64,000 nucleotides of DNA from Deltaproteobacteria bacterium (GTDB lineage: Bacteria; Myxococcota_A; Polyangia; GCA-2747355; JADLHG01), in NCBI GenBank assembly GCA_020848905.1, contig JADLHG010000020.1, positions 8,230 to 72,229 of the forward strand. Reading direction: 5' to 3'. The notes beneath the pieces are model-generated. The model did not search any database. It was not told the DNA's origin and saw only the letters and a list, made by a program, of their open reading frames with translations. Position numbers and translations under genes: made by a program. Below, one piece after another: positions 44,212 to 54,150 of the stretch (position 1 is the stretch's first letter; every line of letters starts with the position of its first letter).

Positions 44212-45102
44212 ATGGGCTTTGATTCCCTCGTGCTCGTCAAGCAGGTGCCGGACACGGCCGAGATCACCGGGCAGGTGATGCGCGCCGACGGCACGGTGAA
44301 CCGCGCCAAGCTCCCGGCGATCTTCAATCCGGAGGACCGCGTGGCGCTCGAGCTGGCGCTACGGGTGCGCGACCAGCACGGCGGGAAGGTCACGGCCCTG
44401 ACCATGGGCCCGAGCAAGGCCTCGGACCTGCTGCGCGAGTGCCTCTTCATGGGGGCCGACGAGGTGTTTCTGGTGACGGACCGCAAGTTCGCGGGCGCCG
44501 ACACCCTCGCCACCTCGTACGTGCTCTCGAAGGCGGTGGAGAAGCTCGGGGCCTTCGACCTGATCTTCGCCGGCCGCCAGGCCATCGACGGGGACACGGC
44601 GCAGGTCGGCCCCCAGACGGCGGAGAAGCTCGGACTGCCCCAGATCACCTGCGTCGAGGAGCTCCTGGCCCTGCCGCCGGGCGAGGTGATCGCGAAGCGG
44701 CGCATCGACGGCGGACACGAGGTCCTGCGGGCGCGCCTCCCCGTGCTGCTCACGGTGATCAAGGAGGCCGCCGTGCCGCGCCCCTTCAAGGCCACGCGCG
44801 TGATGGCCTACAAGAACGCACGTTCGCTTTCGGAGCTGGAGAAGCTGGCGGAGGCCAACCCGCTGCTCTACGTGGACGCGCTGACCCAGGAGTATATGGA
44901 ACGAAAGCTCTATATCCCCACGCTGAGCGCCGATGACCTGGGGGTGGAGCTCGACCGCTGCGGCCTGATGGGCTCGCCCACCAAGGTCAAGAGCGTGGAC
45001 TCGGTAGTCCTGACCGGGGGCGAGCACGAACACTTTCCGCCGACGAAGGATGGTCTGGGTCGGCTGATCGACCGCTTGATGCACGACCACCTCTTCGGGT
45101 AG
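44212..45102 (+). CDS. etfB: electron transfer flavoprotein beta subunit
   Basis: The N-terminal MGFDSLVLVKQVPDT...PAIFNPEDRVALELAL and the rest follow EtfB family conservation. SD GGAGAGG upstream. Confidence 0.85.
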   Translation: MGFDSLVLVKQVPDTAEITGQVMRADGTVNRAKLPAIFNPEDRVALELALRVRDQHGGKVTALTMGPSKASDLLRECLFMGADEVFLVTDRKFAGADTLATSYVLSKAVEKLGAFDLIFAGRQAIDGDTAQVGPQTAEKLGLPQITCVEELLALPPGEVIAKRRIDGGHEVLRARLPVLLTVIKEAAVPRPFKATRVMAYKNARSLSELEKLAEANPLLYVDALTQEYMERKLYIPTLSADDLGVELDRCGLMGSPTKVKSVDSVVLTGGEHEHFPPTKDGLGRLIDRLMHDHLFG

Positions 45103-45108
45103 GGGCCT

Positions 45109-46131
45109 GTGATGGACGCGCCAGCCAACGACGTTTGGGTCTTTGTCGAGCAACGGGGCGGTAGGCCCCACGCCGTGAGCTTCGAGCTCCTCTCCAAGGG
45201 GCGCAAGCTCGCCGAGCAGCTCGGGGGCACGCTCAAGGCCGTGCTCCTCGGACACGGGGTGCGCGAGGCCGCGCGCGAGCTCTTTCGCTTTGGCGCGCGC
45301 GAGGTGCTGCTGGTGGATCACGCGGCCCTCGCGGACTACCGCACGATGCCCTACGCGCGCATCGTGGGGGAGCTGGTCGGCGCTCGTCAGCCGCGGATTG
45401 TGCTCTTCGGCGCGACGGTGGTGGGTCGGGACCTGGCGCCGCGGGTGGCTTCGCAGACCCGCAGCGGGCTCACGGCGGACTGCACGGACCTGCAGATCGG
45501 CGACGTGAGCTATCTGCGCAAGGAGTACAAGAACCTGCTCCTGCAGATCCGGCCGGCCCTCGGCGGGAACATCATCGCCACGATCATCACGCCTGACGTG
45601 CCGGTGCAGATGGCCACCGTGCGCGAGGGGGTGATGGAGGCCTCGGCGGCCGAGGGCGCGGTCGAGGGGCGCGTGGTGGAGCTCCCCTACGTGGCCGCTC
45701 CCGCCGACGAGCTGGTGCAGGTCGTGGAGCGGCACCAGGAGGAGAGCCCGTCGAACCTGAAGCACGCGCCGATCGTGGTGGCCGGCGGCTACGGCATGGG
45801 CACGCGCGAGAACTTCGGCCTGCTGCACAAGCTGGCCGAGCTCCTCGGCGGGGACGTGGCCGCCACGCGCGCGGCGGTGGACGCGGGGTTCGCCACCTCG
45901 GACCGTCAGGTGGGGCAGACGGGGCTGACCGTGCGGCCGAAGCTCTACATCGCGTGCGGCATCTCGGGGGCGATCCAGCACCGAGCCGGGATGGAGAAGT
46001 CGGGGCGCATCGTGGCCATCAACACCGACCCTGCGGCGCCGATCTTCGACATCTGCCACCACGCCATCGTGGGCGACGTGGCGACGGTCATCCACACCTT
46101 CATCGAGGCCTATCGCGAGCGCCTCCGCTAG
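45109..46131 (+). CDS. etfA: electron transfer flavoprotein alpha subunit
   Basis: EtfA family pattern including the C-terminal FAD-binding region ([37 protein letters not shown]). 7 bp after etfB. Confidence 0.85.
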   Translation: MMDAPANDVWVFVEQRGGRPHAVSFELLSKGRKLAEQLGGTLKAVLLGHGVREAARELFRFGAREVLLVDHAALADYRTMPYARIVGELVGARQPRIVLFGATVVGRDLAPRVASQTRSGLTADCTDLQIGDVSYLRKEYKNLLLQIRPALGGNIIATIITPDVPVQMATVREGVMEASAAEGAVEGRVVELPYVAAPADELVQVVERHQEESPSNLKHAPIVVAGGYGMGTRENFGLLHKLAELLGGDVAATRAAVDAGFATSDRQVGQTGLTVRPKLYIACGISGAIQHRAGMEKSGRIVAINTDPAAPIFDICHHAIVGDVATVIHTFIEAYRERLR

Positions 46132-46139
46132 GAAGACCC

Positions 46140-47861
46140 ATGTCGAACTTCTTCACCGACAACAGCGACCTGCAGTTCCAGTTCAACCAGCTCGGTCTCG
46201 AGGACGTGATCGCGATCCGCGAGGAGGAGTACCGCGAGGCGGCCCGCTATCCGTGGGCTCCGACGGACTACGCCGACGCGCTCGACAACTACCGGCGCGT
46301 GCTGGAGATCGTGGGCGACCTGACGGCGAACTTCGTTGCGCCGCGCGCGGCCGAGGTGGACGTGGAGGGCAATACCCTCGAGGACGGCAAGGTACGCTAC
46401 GCGAGGGGGACCCGCGAGGCGCTCGACCGGCTGGCCCAGGCGGAGCTGATGGGGGTCACGCTGCCGCGGCAGTACGGCGGCCTGAACTTTCCCATCACCG
46501 TCTACATCATGGCCATCGAGATGATCTCGCGGGGGGACGCCTCGCTGATGAACATCTACGGGCTGCAGGACGTGGCCGAGACGATCCACCGCTTCGGCGA
46601 CGAGGCCCAGCGGGAGGAGTTCCTGCCCCGCTTTGCGAACGGCGACGTCACCGGCGCGATGGTGCTCACCGAGCCCGACGCCGGCTCGGACCTGCAAGCG
46701 GTCAAGCTCCAGGCCTACCAGGACGCAGAGGGGCGCTGGCGCCTGCGAGGGGTGAAGCGCTTCATCACCAACGGCTGCGGCGAGGTCCTGCTCGTCCTCG
46801 CCCGCTCGGAGCCGGGGACCAAGGACGGCCGCGGACTCTCGCTCTTCGTCTGCTACGGCGACGAGACGGTGAAGGTGCGACGCATCGAGCACAAGCTCGG
46901 CATCCACGGCTCGCCCACCTGCGAGCTCCAGTTCAACGACACGCCGGCGCAGCTGGTGGGCAAGCGAAAGCTCGGGCTCATCCGCTACGTGATGGACCTG
47001 ATGAACGCCGCGCGGCTCGGCGTCTCGGCGCAGGCTCTCGGCATCGCGCAGGCGGCCTACGAGGAGGCGCTCTCCTACGCGCGAGCCCGGCAGCAGTTCG
47101 GTCAGGCGATCGTGCACCTGCCGCCGGTCACGAACATGCTCATCGACATGCGCGTCGCGCTCGAGGCCAACCGCTCGCTCCTCTACGCCACGGCCAAATG
47201 GGTCGACCGGCGCGAGGCCCTGACCACGCGGGCCGAGGCGCTGAAGGCGCGCGGCGAGTCCTCCGGCGAGGCGGGTGAGAAGTCGAAGGAGGCGAGCCAG
47301 ATCTCGGGCCTGCTCACGCCGCTGACCAAATACGTCCTCTCCGAGTCGGCCAACCAGATCGCCTACGACGCGCTGCAGATCCACGGCGGCGCGGGCTACA
47401 TGAAGGAATTTCCGGTCGAGCGGCTGGCGCGGGACGCGCGCATCACCAACATCTACGAGGGGACCTCGCAGATGCAGGTGGTCGCGGCCAGCGGCGGCGT
47501 GATGAAGGACCTCCTCGGGGCGCACTTCGCGGCCGAAGAGGAGCGCCCGCGCAAGGGGACGCTCGTCCGGCTCTGCGACGCGCTGAAGGAGATGCGGCGC
47601 CTCTTCCTCGAAGGCCTGAAGACCGTCACCGAGCGAGGCGACAAGGCCTTCGCCGACGTGGCGGCCAAGGAACTGGTGGACATCTACGGGCACCTTTACG
47701 TGGGCTACCTCTTGCTCGACGAGGCCGAGCGCGACGAGCACAAGGTCTTCATCGCGCAGCGCTACATCGTGAGCGCGCTCTCCAAGTGCCGCCGCGCCGC
47801 CGGCTCGATCCTGCACGAGCAGTTCGCCGACCTCATCCACGTGGACAAGATCCTGGTCTGA
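46140..47861 (+). CDS. acyl-CoA dehydrogenase (long form with C-terminal extension)
   Basis: ACAD motifs (GAMVLTEPDAGSDL, GVKRFITNG, QIHGGAGYMKEFPVERLARDARITNIYEGTSQMQ). 573 aa. Immediately downstream of etfBA. Confidence 0.85.
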   Translation: MSNFFTDNSDLQFQFNQLGLEDVIAIREEEYREAARYPWAPTDYADALDNYRRVLEIVGDLTANFVAPRAAEVDVEGNTLEDGKVRYARGTREALDRLAQAELMGVTLPRQYGGLNFPITVYIMAIEMISRGDASLMNIYGLQDVAETIHRFGDEAQREEFLPRFANGDVTGAMVLTEPDAGSDLQAVKLQAYQDAEGRWRLRGVKRFITNGCGEVLLVLARSEPGTKDGRGLSLFVCYGDETVKVRRIEHKLGIHGSPTCELQFNDTPAQLVGKRKLGLIRYVMDLMNAARLGVSAQALGIAQAAYEEALSYARARQQFGQAIVHLPPVTNMLIDMRVALEANRSLLYATAKWVDRREALTTRAEALKARGESSGEAGEKSKEASQISGLLTPLTKYVLSESANQIAYDALQIHGGAGYMKEFPVERLARDARITNIYEGTSQMQVVAASGGVMKDLLGAHFAAEEERPRKGTLVRLCDALKEMRRLFLEGLKTVTERGDKAFADVAAKELVDIYGHLYVGYLLLDEAERDEHKVFIAQRYIVSALSKCRRAAGSILHEQFADLIHVDKILV

Positions 47862-47875
47862 GGGCTCGGTGCGGA

Positions 47876-48688
47876 ATGACCCCCGTCCAGCAGACGGTCG
47901 TACTCGGAACGAAGCTCCGCCTCTCGTACGTCGACCTCGGAGACTCGCGGTCGAAGGAGGTCCTCGTTCTCCTCCCCGGCCTGTCGGATTCGTGGCGGAG
48001 CTGGGAGCTGGTGCTCCGCCATCTCCCCACGTCGCTTCGCGTGATCGCTGTCTCGCAGCGCGGTCACGGTGAGTCGGACAAGCCCGACGCGGGATATTCG
48101 GTACGTGACTACGCGCGAGACCTCGAGGCATTGCTCGAGGCGCTCGGTCTCGCGAGAGTCGTGGTCGCGGGTCACTCCTCGGCGTCCCTCGTGGCACGGC
48201 GCTTCGCGATGGAGCATCGCGAGCGCGTCGCCGGCGTCGTCCTCGAGGGCTCGTTCGTCCGGCTGGCGGGTCCAGCGGTAGAGGCTGCAGGACGACGTAT
48301 CAGGGACCTCACCGACCCCATCGATCCTGCCTTCGTGCGAGACTTCGCCGCGGGGACGTTCGCGCGCCCCGTCGACCAGACGTTCGTGGAGGCGATGATT
48401 GCCGAGAGCCTGAAGGTCCCGGCGCGCGTCTGGAGCCAGACCTTCAGGTCGCTCCTCGACGACGATGATTTGGCCGAGCTCGCAACCCTCGAAGCCCCGA
48501 CACTGATCGTCTGGGGCGACCAGGATGCGATCGTCGACCGGGCGGCGACCGATGCCCTGGTGCGCGCGGTGCGCTCGTCGAGGCTGGTTCAGTACCACGG
48601 CGTTGGGCATACCGCGCACTGGGAGGTGCCGGAGCAGTTTGCGCGCGACGTGGCCGCGTTCGTCGTGGAGTGCGGGCGACCCCGCTGA
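47876..48688 (+). CDS. alpha/beta-fold hydrolase
   Basis: Nucleophile elbow VVAGHSSASL. HGESD and a C-terminal His (GVGHTAHWE) are typical of this fold. Confidence 0.7.
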   Translation: MTPVQQTVVLGTKLRLSYVDLGDSRSKEVLVLLPGLSDSWRSWELVLRHLPTSLRVIAVSQRGHGESDKPDAGYSVRDYARDLEALLEALGLARVVVAGHSSASLVARRFAMEHRERVAGVVLEGSFVRLAGPAVEAAGRRIRDLTDPIDPAFVRDFAAGTFARPVDQTFVEAMIAESLKVPARVWSQTFRSLLDDDDLAELATLEAPTLIVWGDQDAIVDRAATDALVRAVRSSRLVQYHGVGHTAHWEVPEQFARDVAAFVVECGRPR

Positions 48689-48874
48689 GCGTCGTCGCGC
48701 TCGCCAGCAGGCGAAGGAGACGACCGGATCTCGTCGCCGGCCTCGTCGCTACGGCGTGCCGCCGGTGGAAACGCGAACCGATCTCAGTTGCAACAGCCGT
48801 CGAGGAGCATCTGGGCGCGCCGTGAGGCGAGGTGCCGTCAAATGCGACACGTCCGTCGGTGAGCGCGCTTCGGC

Positions 48875-49357
48875 TCAGCGGCTCCAGCCGTGGCGCTCAG
48901 CGAGCTGTTCGATGACCTCGGCCTGGTGACGCGCCTCGGGGTGCTCGTTGTGCATCATCGGGTCGGCGCGGCGGCCGAGAAACTGCATGATCAGGCCCGC
49001 GGCCCAGCGGCCGATCCCCGGCGCGTGGTCTCGACGCCCGTACCCCTCGACGAGCAGCCCTTCCTCGTCTTGCGAGACCTGCACCTCCTCGTTGCCGCGC
49101 CGCCAGCGCACGTTGAAGCCGCTGGTGGAGAGGGTCGCCATCACGAGGGCGGCCCCAGTCAGGGTCAGGATGCGCGGGGCCCACCGCCTGAAGGCGCCCG
49201 AGCTCTCGCCACCTGGGGCGCGTCGGGTGGTCGTGTCGCGACCCGGCCAGCCGCCGGAGCGCGCGTGCGCTGAGCTCGCCAGCGCGAGCCCGAGCAGGAG
49301 GGCGAGGGCCGCGTGGCGTGGACGAGCGAACGAGAGAGCGCGACGGCGATGGGACAT
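48875..49357 (-). CDS. hypothetical secreted or membrane-anchored small protein
   Basis: SD GGGAGGAA precedes ATG 49357. Signal-like MSHRRRALSFARPRHAALALLLGLALASSAHA, then a second hydrophobic segment. Confidence 0.4.
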   Translation of the reverse strand: MSHRRRALSFARPRHAALALLLGLALASSAHARSGGWPGRDTTTRRAPGGESSGAFRRWAPRILTLTGAALVMATLSTSGFNVRWRRGNEEVQVSQDEEGLLVEGYGRRDHAPGIGRWAAGLIMQFLGRRADPMMHNEHPEARHQAEVIEQLAERHGWSR

Positions 49358-49651
49358 CCATTCCTCCCTGGGTGACTCCAGGCAGGAACTACGCAAGGTC
49401 CGCGCCACGCACCGATTGCGGCCGGTCGTGGGCAGGTCGGAGTCCTCGGAGGACGAACGGCGTGGTGGCCGCGGGAGGTCGAGCGGCACGAGCGCGGCTA
49501 GTTGCGTGAAAGGCTTCGACCGGTGGTGCAGCGGTGGGCGTGCTTCGTCGGGGACGGCGGCTCGGCCGCGTGCCCCTGCGGCAGCGGCGGTTTCAGCCAG
49601 GCTAGGAGGGGAGAAGAAGGGGCCGGGTCGCCTGTCGGGTGGAGCCCCGGG

Positions 49652-50710
49652 CTACTCGCCCGCCATGAGCAGGTCCCAGAACTTCTCCACCGAGCGGAAG
49701 ATCTTGCCGTGGACCGCGACGCGCGCGGGGAGGGCGTGCCGGACCGGCGTCTCGGGGACGATCACGCTGCGCGCGGCGGGCTTGGGCACGACCTTGCCGT
49801 CCAGCACCACGCGGTCCCGGGCCGCCAGGTCCTCGAGCGACCGGTCGCCGAGGTTGGAGACGACGCCGTTCACGATCGTCTCGCCGAAGCGCGTCTTGCC
49901 GCTGCGCTGCGAGGGGAAGCCGGCCCGGCCGAGGATCTTGCGCAGCGCCTGGGCCACGGGGTCCTTGGCGCCCGTCGCGGTCTGCGAGTAGACGTACGAG
50001 TAGGTCCCCTTGTTGCGTTCGTCCTCGTGGGAGTCGAGCCAAAGCACCGGCTGGTACGCCGTGGACATCTTCGCGATCCAGGTGGTCACGTCGCGCGAGA
50101 GCGGGCTGATGGCCTTCGCGCGGATGGTCTTCGTCGGGTCCTGTCCCGCCTCCGCCAGGCCGAGGACCAGGTGGTCCACGTCCGAGACGCTCTTGCCCTT
50201 GCGCCAGTTGCGCCGGATGTTCTGGTAGCGCCAGTTCTTGCGGTAGCCGGCGGGGTTCAGAAGAGGCATGACCACCATCGGGATGCCGCGCTCCTTGGCG
50301 ATCTTCGCCAGCCGGTCCACGTTCTTCTTCTGCGCCAGCGCGTTCGGCCCGGCGGGCTCCTCGCCGTGGACGCCGGACACGATCCAGATCGCCTTGCCCT
50401 GCTGGGGCGTGCGGTAGGCCACCACGGGCAGGCGCACGCGCTTGCCGTCGACGGTGGTACGCGCCACGTAGACCACCTCACGAATCCAGCCGTGCTCCTG
50501 GGCCAGGCGATCGTAGGCGGCGTAGAGGTCGTTGAGCGAGGCGCGGCCGTCGCGCGAGTAGGTCTTCACCGGCGTGCGGGGGCCGATCTTGCCGACCGCG
50601 CGCGACCCCTCGAGGGCCGAAGCCGAGGAGGCGCCGCAGAGCACGCACGTGGCGACGAGAGCGGCGAGGGCCTGGAGACGTCCCGTGGCGTGGGTCGTCG
50701 AGGAGTTCAT
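49652..50710 (-). CDS. secreted zinc-carboxypeptidase-like protein (M14 / AstE-AspA superfamily), tandem paralog 1
   Basis: Signal peptide MNSSTTHATGRLQALAALVATCVLCGASSASA. A metal-binding-type motif SGVHGEEPAGPNAL (GxHGxE) with a downstream LDSHED-like His. Very similar to the next gene across most of its length. Confidence 0.5.
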   Translation of the reverse strand: MNSSTTHATGRLQALAALVATCVLCGASSASALEGSRAVGKIGPRTPVKTYSRDGRASLNDLYAAYDRLAQEHGWIREVVYVARTTVDGKRVRLPVVAYRTPQQGKAIWIVSGVHGEEPAGPNALAQKKNVDRLAKIAKERGIPMVVMPLLNPAGYRKNWRYQNIRRNWRKGKSVSDVDHLVLGLAEAGQDPTKTIRAKAISPLSRDVTTWIAKMSTAYQPVLWLDSHEDERNKGTYSYVYSQTATGAKDPVAQALRKILGRAGFPSQRSGKTRFGETIVNGVVSNLGDRSLEDLAARDRVVLDGKVVPKPAARSVIVPETPVRHALPARVAVHGKIFRSVEKFWDLLMAGE

Positions 50711-51858
50711 GAGGTCTTCCCCTTGCGCGCCGGCTTGCGTGGCGCGGGTCGGTTCAGGAGGTCCCAGATCTTCTCCACCGAGAAGAGGATGCGCGTGTGG
50801 GTCTCGATCGGATTCTTGCCACCCGGGCGCCCCTGCAGCGCGAGATCGGGGATGACCACGCTCTTGGCGCCGCGCTTTCGCACCACCTTGCCGTCGAGGA
50901 TGACCCGCGTGGCGGCCATCAGATCGTTGATCGACCCGTCGTTGACGGTGGGCACGATGCCCCGGACGATCTTCTCGCCGAAGCGCGTGACGCCGGTGAC
51001 GGTGGGGAGGCCGTTCGCGGCGAGCGCGGGGACGTTGCGTCCGTCCACCGTGGGGAAGCCGCTCTGGCGCACCAGGGTGCGGAGCATCTTGGCCACGGGG
51101 TCGTTGGCCCCGGCCTTGGTCTGCGAGTAGAGGTACGAGGTGCCCGGGGCGAGCAGGTCGTCCTGATGGAGATCGAGATGGTCGAAGGTCGGGTACCGGG
51201 CCGACATGCGGGCGATCCAGGTGGTGATCGCGTGTGCGCCGGCGCTGCTCGGCTTGGCCGCCCGCGGCCGCATGGGGTCCTGACCCTCCTTCGGCAGGCC
51301 GGCCAGCACGCCCCACGCATCGGAGACGCTCTGGCTCTTGTCCTCGTTGCGCGGCGTGTTCGGGTGCCGCCAGTTCTTGCGGTAGCCGGCGGGGTTGATG
51401 AGCGGCATGAGAACCATCGGGATGTGGCGGTCCTTCGCGACCTGCGCCAGCTTCTCCAGCGTCGTAGCCTGGGCCAGCGCGTTCGGCCCCGAGGGCTCTT
51501 CGCCGTGGATGCCCGCGGTGATCCACATGGCCTTGCCGGTCCACGGGGTACGGTAGGTCACGACGGGGAGGCGATAGCGCTTGCCGTCGACGGTGACGCC
51601 CTGCCGGTAGATCACCTCGCGGATCCAGCCGTGGTCCCGGGCCATCTTGTCGTAGGCGGCGTAGAGGTCGTTCAGAGGGGCGCGTCCATCCGCGGAGTAG
51701 GTCGGCACGGGACTGCGCGGGCCGATGCTGCGGACGCGCTGCGGGCTCACGAGCTGACGGGGCGAGCCCTTCGTCGCCTGCGCGGGGCCGGCACAGAGCA
51801 GAATGGACGCGACCAGCAGGCCGGCTACGGCCTGGGGGGACTGCCTGCAGGCTTTCAT
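50707..51858 (-). CDS. secreted zinc-carboxypeptidase-like protein (M14 / AstE-AspA superfamily), tandem paralog 2
   Basis: Signal peptide MKACRQSPQAVAGLLVASILLCAGPAQA. Motif AGIHGEEPSGPNAL. Its stop overlaps the start of paralog 1. Confidence 0.5.
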   Translation of the reverse strand: MKACRQSPQAVAGLLVASILLCAGPAQATKGSPRQLVSPQRVRSIGPRSPVPTYSADGRAPLNDLYAAYDKMARDHGWIREVIYRQGVTVDGKRYRLPVVTYRTPWTGKAMWITAGIHGEEPSGPNALAQATTLEKLAQVAKDRHIPMVLMPLINPAGYRKNWRHPNTPRNEDKSQSVSDAWGVLAGLPKEGQDPMRPRAAKPSSAGAHAITTWIARMSARYPTFDHLDLHQDDLLAPGTSYLYSQTKAGANDPVAKMLRTLVRQSGFPTVDGRNVPALAANGLPTVTGVTRFGEKIVRGIVPTVNDGSINDLMAATRVILDGKVVRKRGAKSVVIPDLALQGRPGGKNPIETHTRILFSVEKIWDLLNRPAPRKPARKGKTS

Positions 51859-52000
51859 GCCCACGGGCGTTTGCACGGCACATGCCAGCCGGGTGCGTGG
51901 AATCGGCGTGGAATTGGCGTGGAATTACAGCGGGGAGCGCCAGCGGGGGGTGACAGTTGGCACCACCTGCCGGCCACTCGGCGGTCCAGGCCTCGCGCCC

Positions 52001-53008
52001 TTACGGAAAGGCGAAGCGCACGCCGCCGCCGAGGGTGGCCTCTTCGGTGAAGACCGCCAGGCCCTTGCGGTGCCCCACGGTCCCGTCCGCGAACAGGTAG
52101 ATGTCCCCGACCCGGGAGGGGACGGCCACGCCGAGCAGGCTCCGCACGAGATACGCGTCGGGAAAGCCGCGCGTGCCGTACTGCGTCCGGCGGTCTGCGG
52201 GGACGGTGCGCACGCCGACCAGGTACTCGGCGAAGAACGAGACGAAGGGGTGCAGGTAGCGGAAGCGACGCCAGCGCGCGATGAGCTCCACCCCCGGGCC
52301 GTGGCTGTAGCTGCTGCGACCGGGGAGGAAGAACTTGTGGCGCAGAGAGGCCGTGAACTCGAAGCGGCCGAGCGGATAGCGGGCCGCCGCGTCCAGCATG
52401 ATGCAGTCGCCCACCTGGGAGGAGGTGAGGTACTCGGTCGTCCCCTCGCCCGAGGAGTTCGAGGCGGTCAGGTGATCGCTCTCGTGCCGAAACGAGACGG
52501 AGGCCTCGAGCGCGCACCCGCGATCGCACCACCTTCGCGCCAGGCGGTCGAACGCGATGGCCACCGAGTAGCCGAAGAGGCCGCGCCAGAAGCGCACGTC
52601 GCCGTTGAACCAGGGGAAGCCGACGGTGGTGGAGTTGTTGCCGTCCAGCTCGACCATGCCGTAGATGCCGAGCCGGGAGGTGAGGCCCGCCGCGCGCAGC
52701 GTGAAGACGCTGAACTGGCCTCCGGCGCTGAGCACGGTGCGGGGGAGGAAGACCACTCCCACGGCGGGGGTGTCCCGCGAGGCGGAGGCATTGAGCGAGA
52801 TCGAGCGGAAGGGGGCGAGAAACTCGAAGCGCGGCTCGGTCGCGCCCGAGCTCCGGGGCGGCGCGGCCTCGGCGGCGCGGGGCGTGCCGTTCGCCAGCGT
52901 GGGCGCGACGGTGGCGGTCACGCTCGCGCACAGCAGTGCGACGAGGGTCCGCGAGGCGAGGCGAGTGGGGCGCGGGCGGCTCGCGTACGTCCCGGACGAA
53001 GCGCTCAT
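52001..53008 (-). CDS. putative outer-membrane beta-barrel protein (possibly lipid-modifying, PagL-like)
   Basis: Signal peptide MSASSGTYASRPRPTRLASRTLVALLCASVTATVAPTLA. Alternating hydrophobic beta-strand pattern. A RHESDHL segment resembles HxS-type lipid A deacylase sites. Terminal ...GVRFAFP. Last gene of the cgs operon. The 648-aa track ORF over-extends upstream. Confidence 0.35.
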   Translation of the reverse strand: MSASSGTYASRPRPTRLASRTLVALLCASVTATVAPTLANGTPRAAEAAPPRSSGATEPRFEFLAPFRSISLNASASRDTPAVGVVFLPRTVLSAGGQFSVFTLRAAGLTSRLGIYGMVELDGNNSTTVGFPWFNGDVRFWRGLFGYSVAIAFDRLARRWCDRGCALEASVSFRHESDHLTASNSSGEGTTEYLTSSQVGDCIMLDAAARYPLGRFEFTASLRHKFFLPGRSSYSHGPGVELIARWRRFRYLHPFVSFFAEYLVGVRTVPADRRTQYGTRGFPDAYLVRSLLGVAVPSRVGDIYLFADGTVGHRKGLAVFTEEATLGGGVRFAFP

Positions 53009-54147
53009 CGCCGGTAGTCCTCGTCGAAGCGGAAGGACACGAGGTGCAGCCCCGTGGCCGCCCCTGCGTTGCCCACGTGGTAGCTCACCGCGACGGTGCG
53101 TCCGTCCTCGCGTCGCAGGGCGGCGTGCTCGCGTCCTCCCTGCACGAACCACTCGGTAGGCTTCACCGCGTCGAAGAGGCGCAGCGGGTCGGAAAACGCG
53201 CTTTCGGGCCGGTCGCTCACCCGAACCTCGACGCGCTCGCCCAGATACGCGAGACCCACCATCGTGTACCGTCGGAGAAAGGCGTTGTAGCCGGCCGTCA
53301 CGAGCGGCGGCCCCGAGGCCAGAAGGCCCGCGCCCGTTGCGCTCTCCTTCCAGCTCGCGCCGAGGCCGTCGTAGTAGCGGTACGCGGCGGGGTTTGCGGC
53401 CTCCTCGGGTTTCACGCGCGCCACGCTGCAGCGGTGGTCGAACGCTCCCACCTGCTGGCAGCCGTGCAGATACGCGAAGCCGTCGCGATCCACGAAGGCG
53501 CTCGCCCCAAAGCTCGGTCCGGGGCGCAGCCAGAGCAGAAACGGTTCGTGCCGGGCCCGCGCCGGGCGGACCCGTTCGCACGGGCGATCGGGCGCCGCTT
53601 GCGTGCAGAGCCCCGTGCCCAGCACCTCCGCGTCGAAGACGCCGGGGCCGAGGAGGAGCTTGTCGTAGTAGATCGTGGCTTGCCCGCCGTGCACGAAGCC
53701 CCCGACGGCGCGCAGCGCGACGCGCTTCCCGTCGGTGCGTGCGGCGTTTTCCGCGAGCTCTTCGGGGTCGAGGGCGAGGAGCGAGAGGAGCTGACCGCCA
53801 GGTCCGCGCAGCAGGCTCACGCCCTGGGAGCACGCGAGGCCTGCGTCGCCGACCATAGCGGCAGCCGCCGGTACGCGCCGTTCGGGCTCGGTGGGCGTGG
53901 CCTTCAGCGTCAGCTCTTCCCACAGCCAGAGCGACCGTCCGGGCCACTCCACCGAGACAGGAGCGCCGAGGCCCGTCACGTTCGGGGGCACGGGCACGAG
54001 GCAGTCGCGCTCCACCTGCCCGACCCCGATGGCCAGGCTCTCGTCACCGAGGTGCTTGATGCACGACGCGAGGGGCAGCAGGCAGGCGAGGAGCCAGGGG
54101 GCCTGCCGGAGGCGCGTCGTGCCTCTCGAGCGCGTCTCGCGGCCCAC
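53005..54147 (-). CDS. hypothetical lipoprotein
   Basis: Lipobox LLPLASC. Its stop overlaps the start of the next gene downstream. Confidence 0.5.
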   Translation of the reverse strand: MGRETRSRGTTRLRQAPWLLACLLPLASCIKHLGDESLAIGVGQVERDCLVPVPPNVTGLGAPVSVEWPGRSLWLWEELTLKATPTEPERRVPAAAAMVGDAGLACSQGVSLLRGPGGQLLSLLALDPEELAENAARTDGKRVALRAVGGFVHGGQATIYYDKLLLGPGVFDAEVLGTGLCTQAAPDRPCERVRPARARHEPFLLWLRPGPSFGASAFVDRDGFAYLHGCQQVGAFDHRCSVARVKPEEAANPAAYRYYDGLGASWKESATGAGLLASGPPLVTAGYNAFLRRYTMVGLAYLGERVEVRVSDRPESAFSDPLRLFDAVKPTEWFVQGGREHAALRREDGRTVAVSYHVGNAGAATGLHLVSFRFDEDYRR

Positions 54148-54150
54148 GAC

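Noticed and set aside
49652-51883. 743-aa ORF fusing the two carboxypeptidase-like paralogs
   Set aside because: The upstream half is out of frame relative to the real paralog 2 (50707..51858). Each paralog has its own signal peptide and start.
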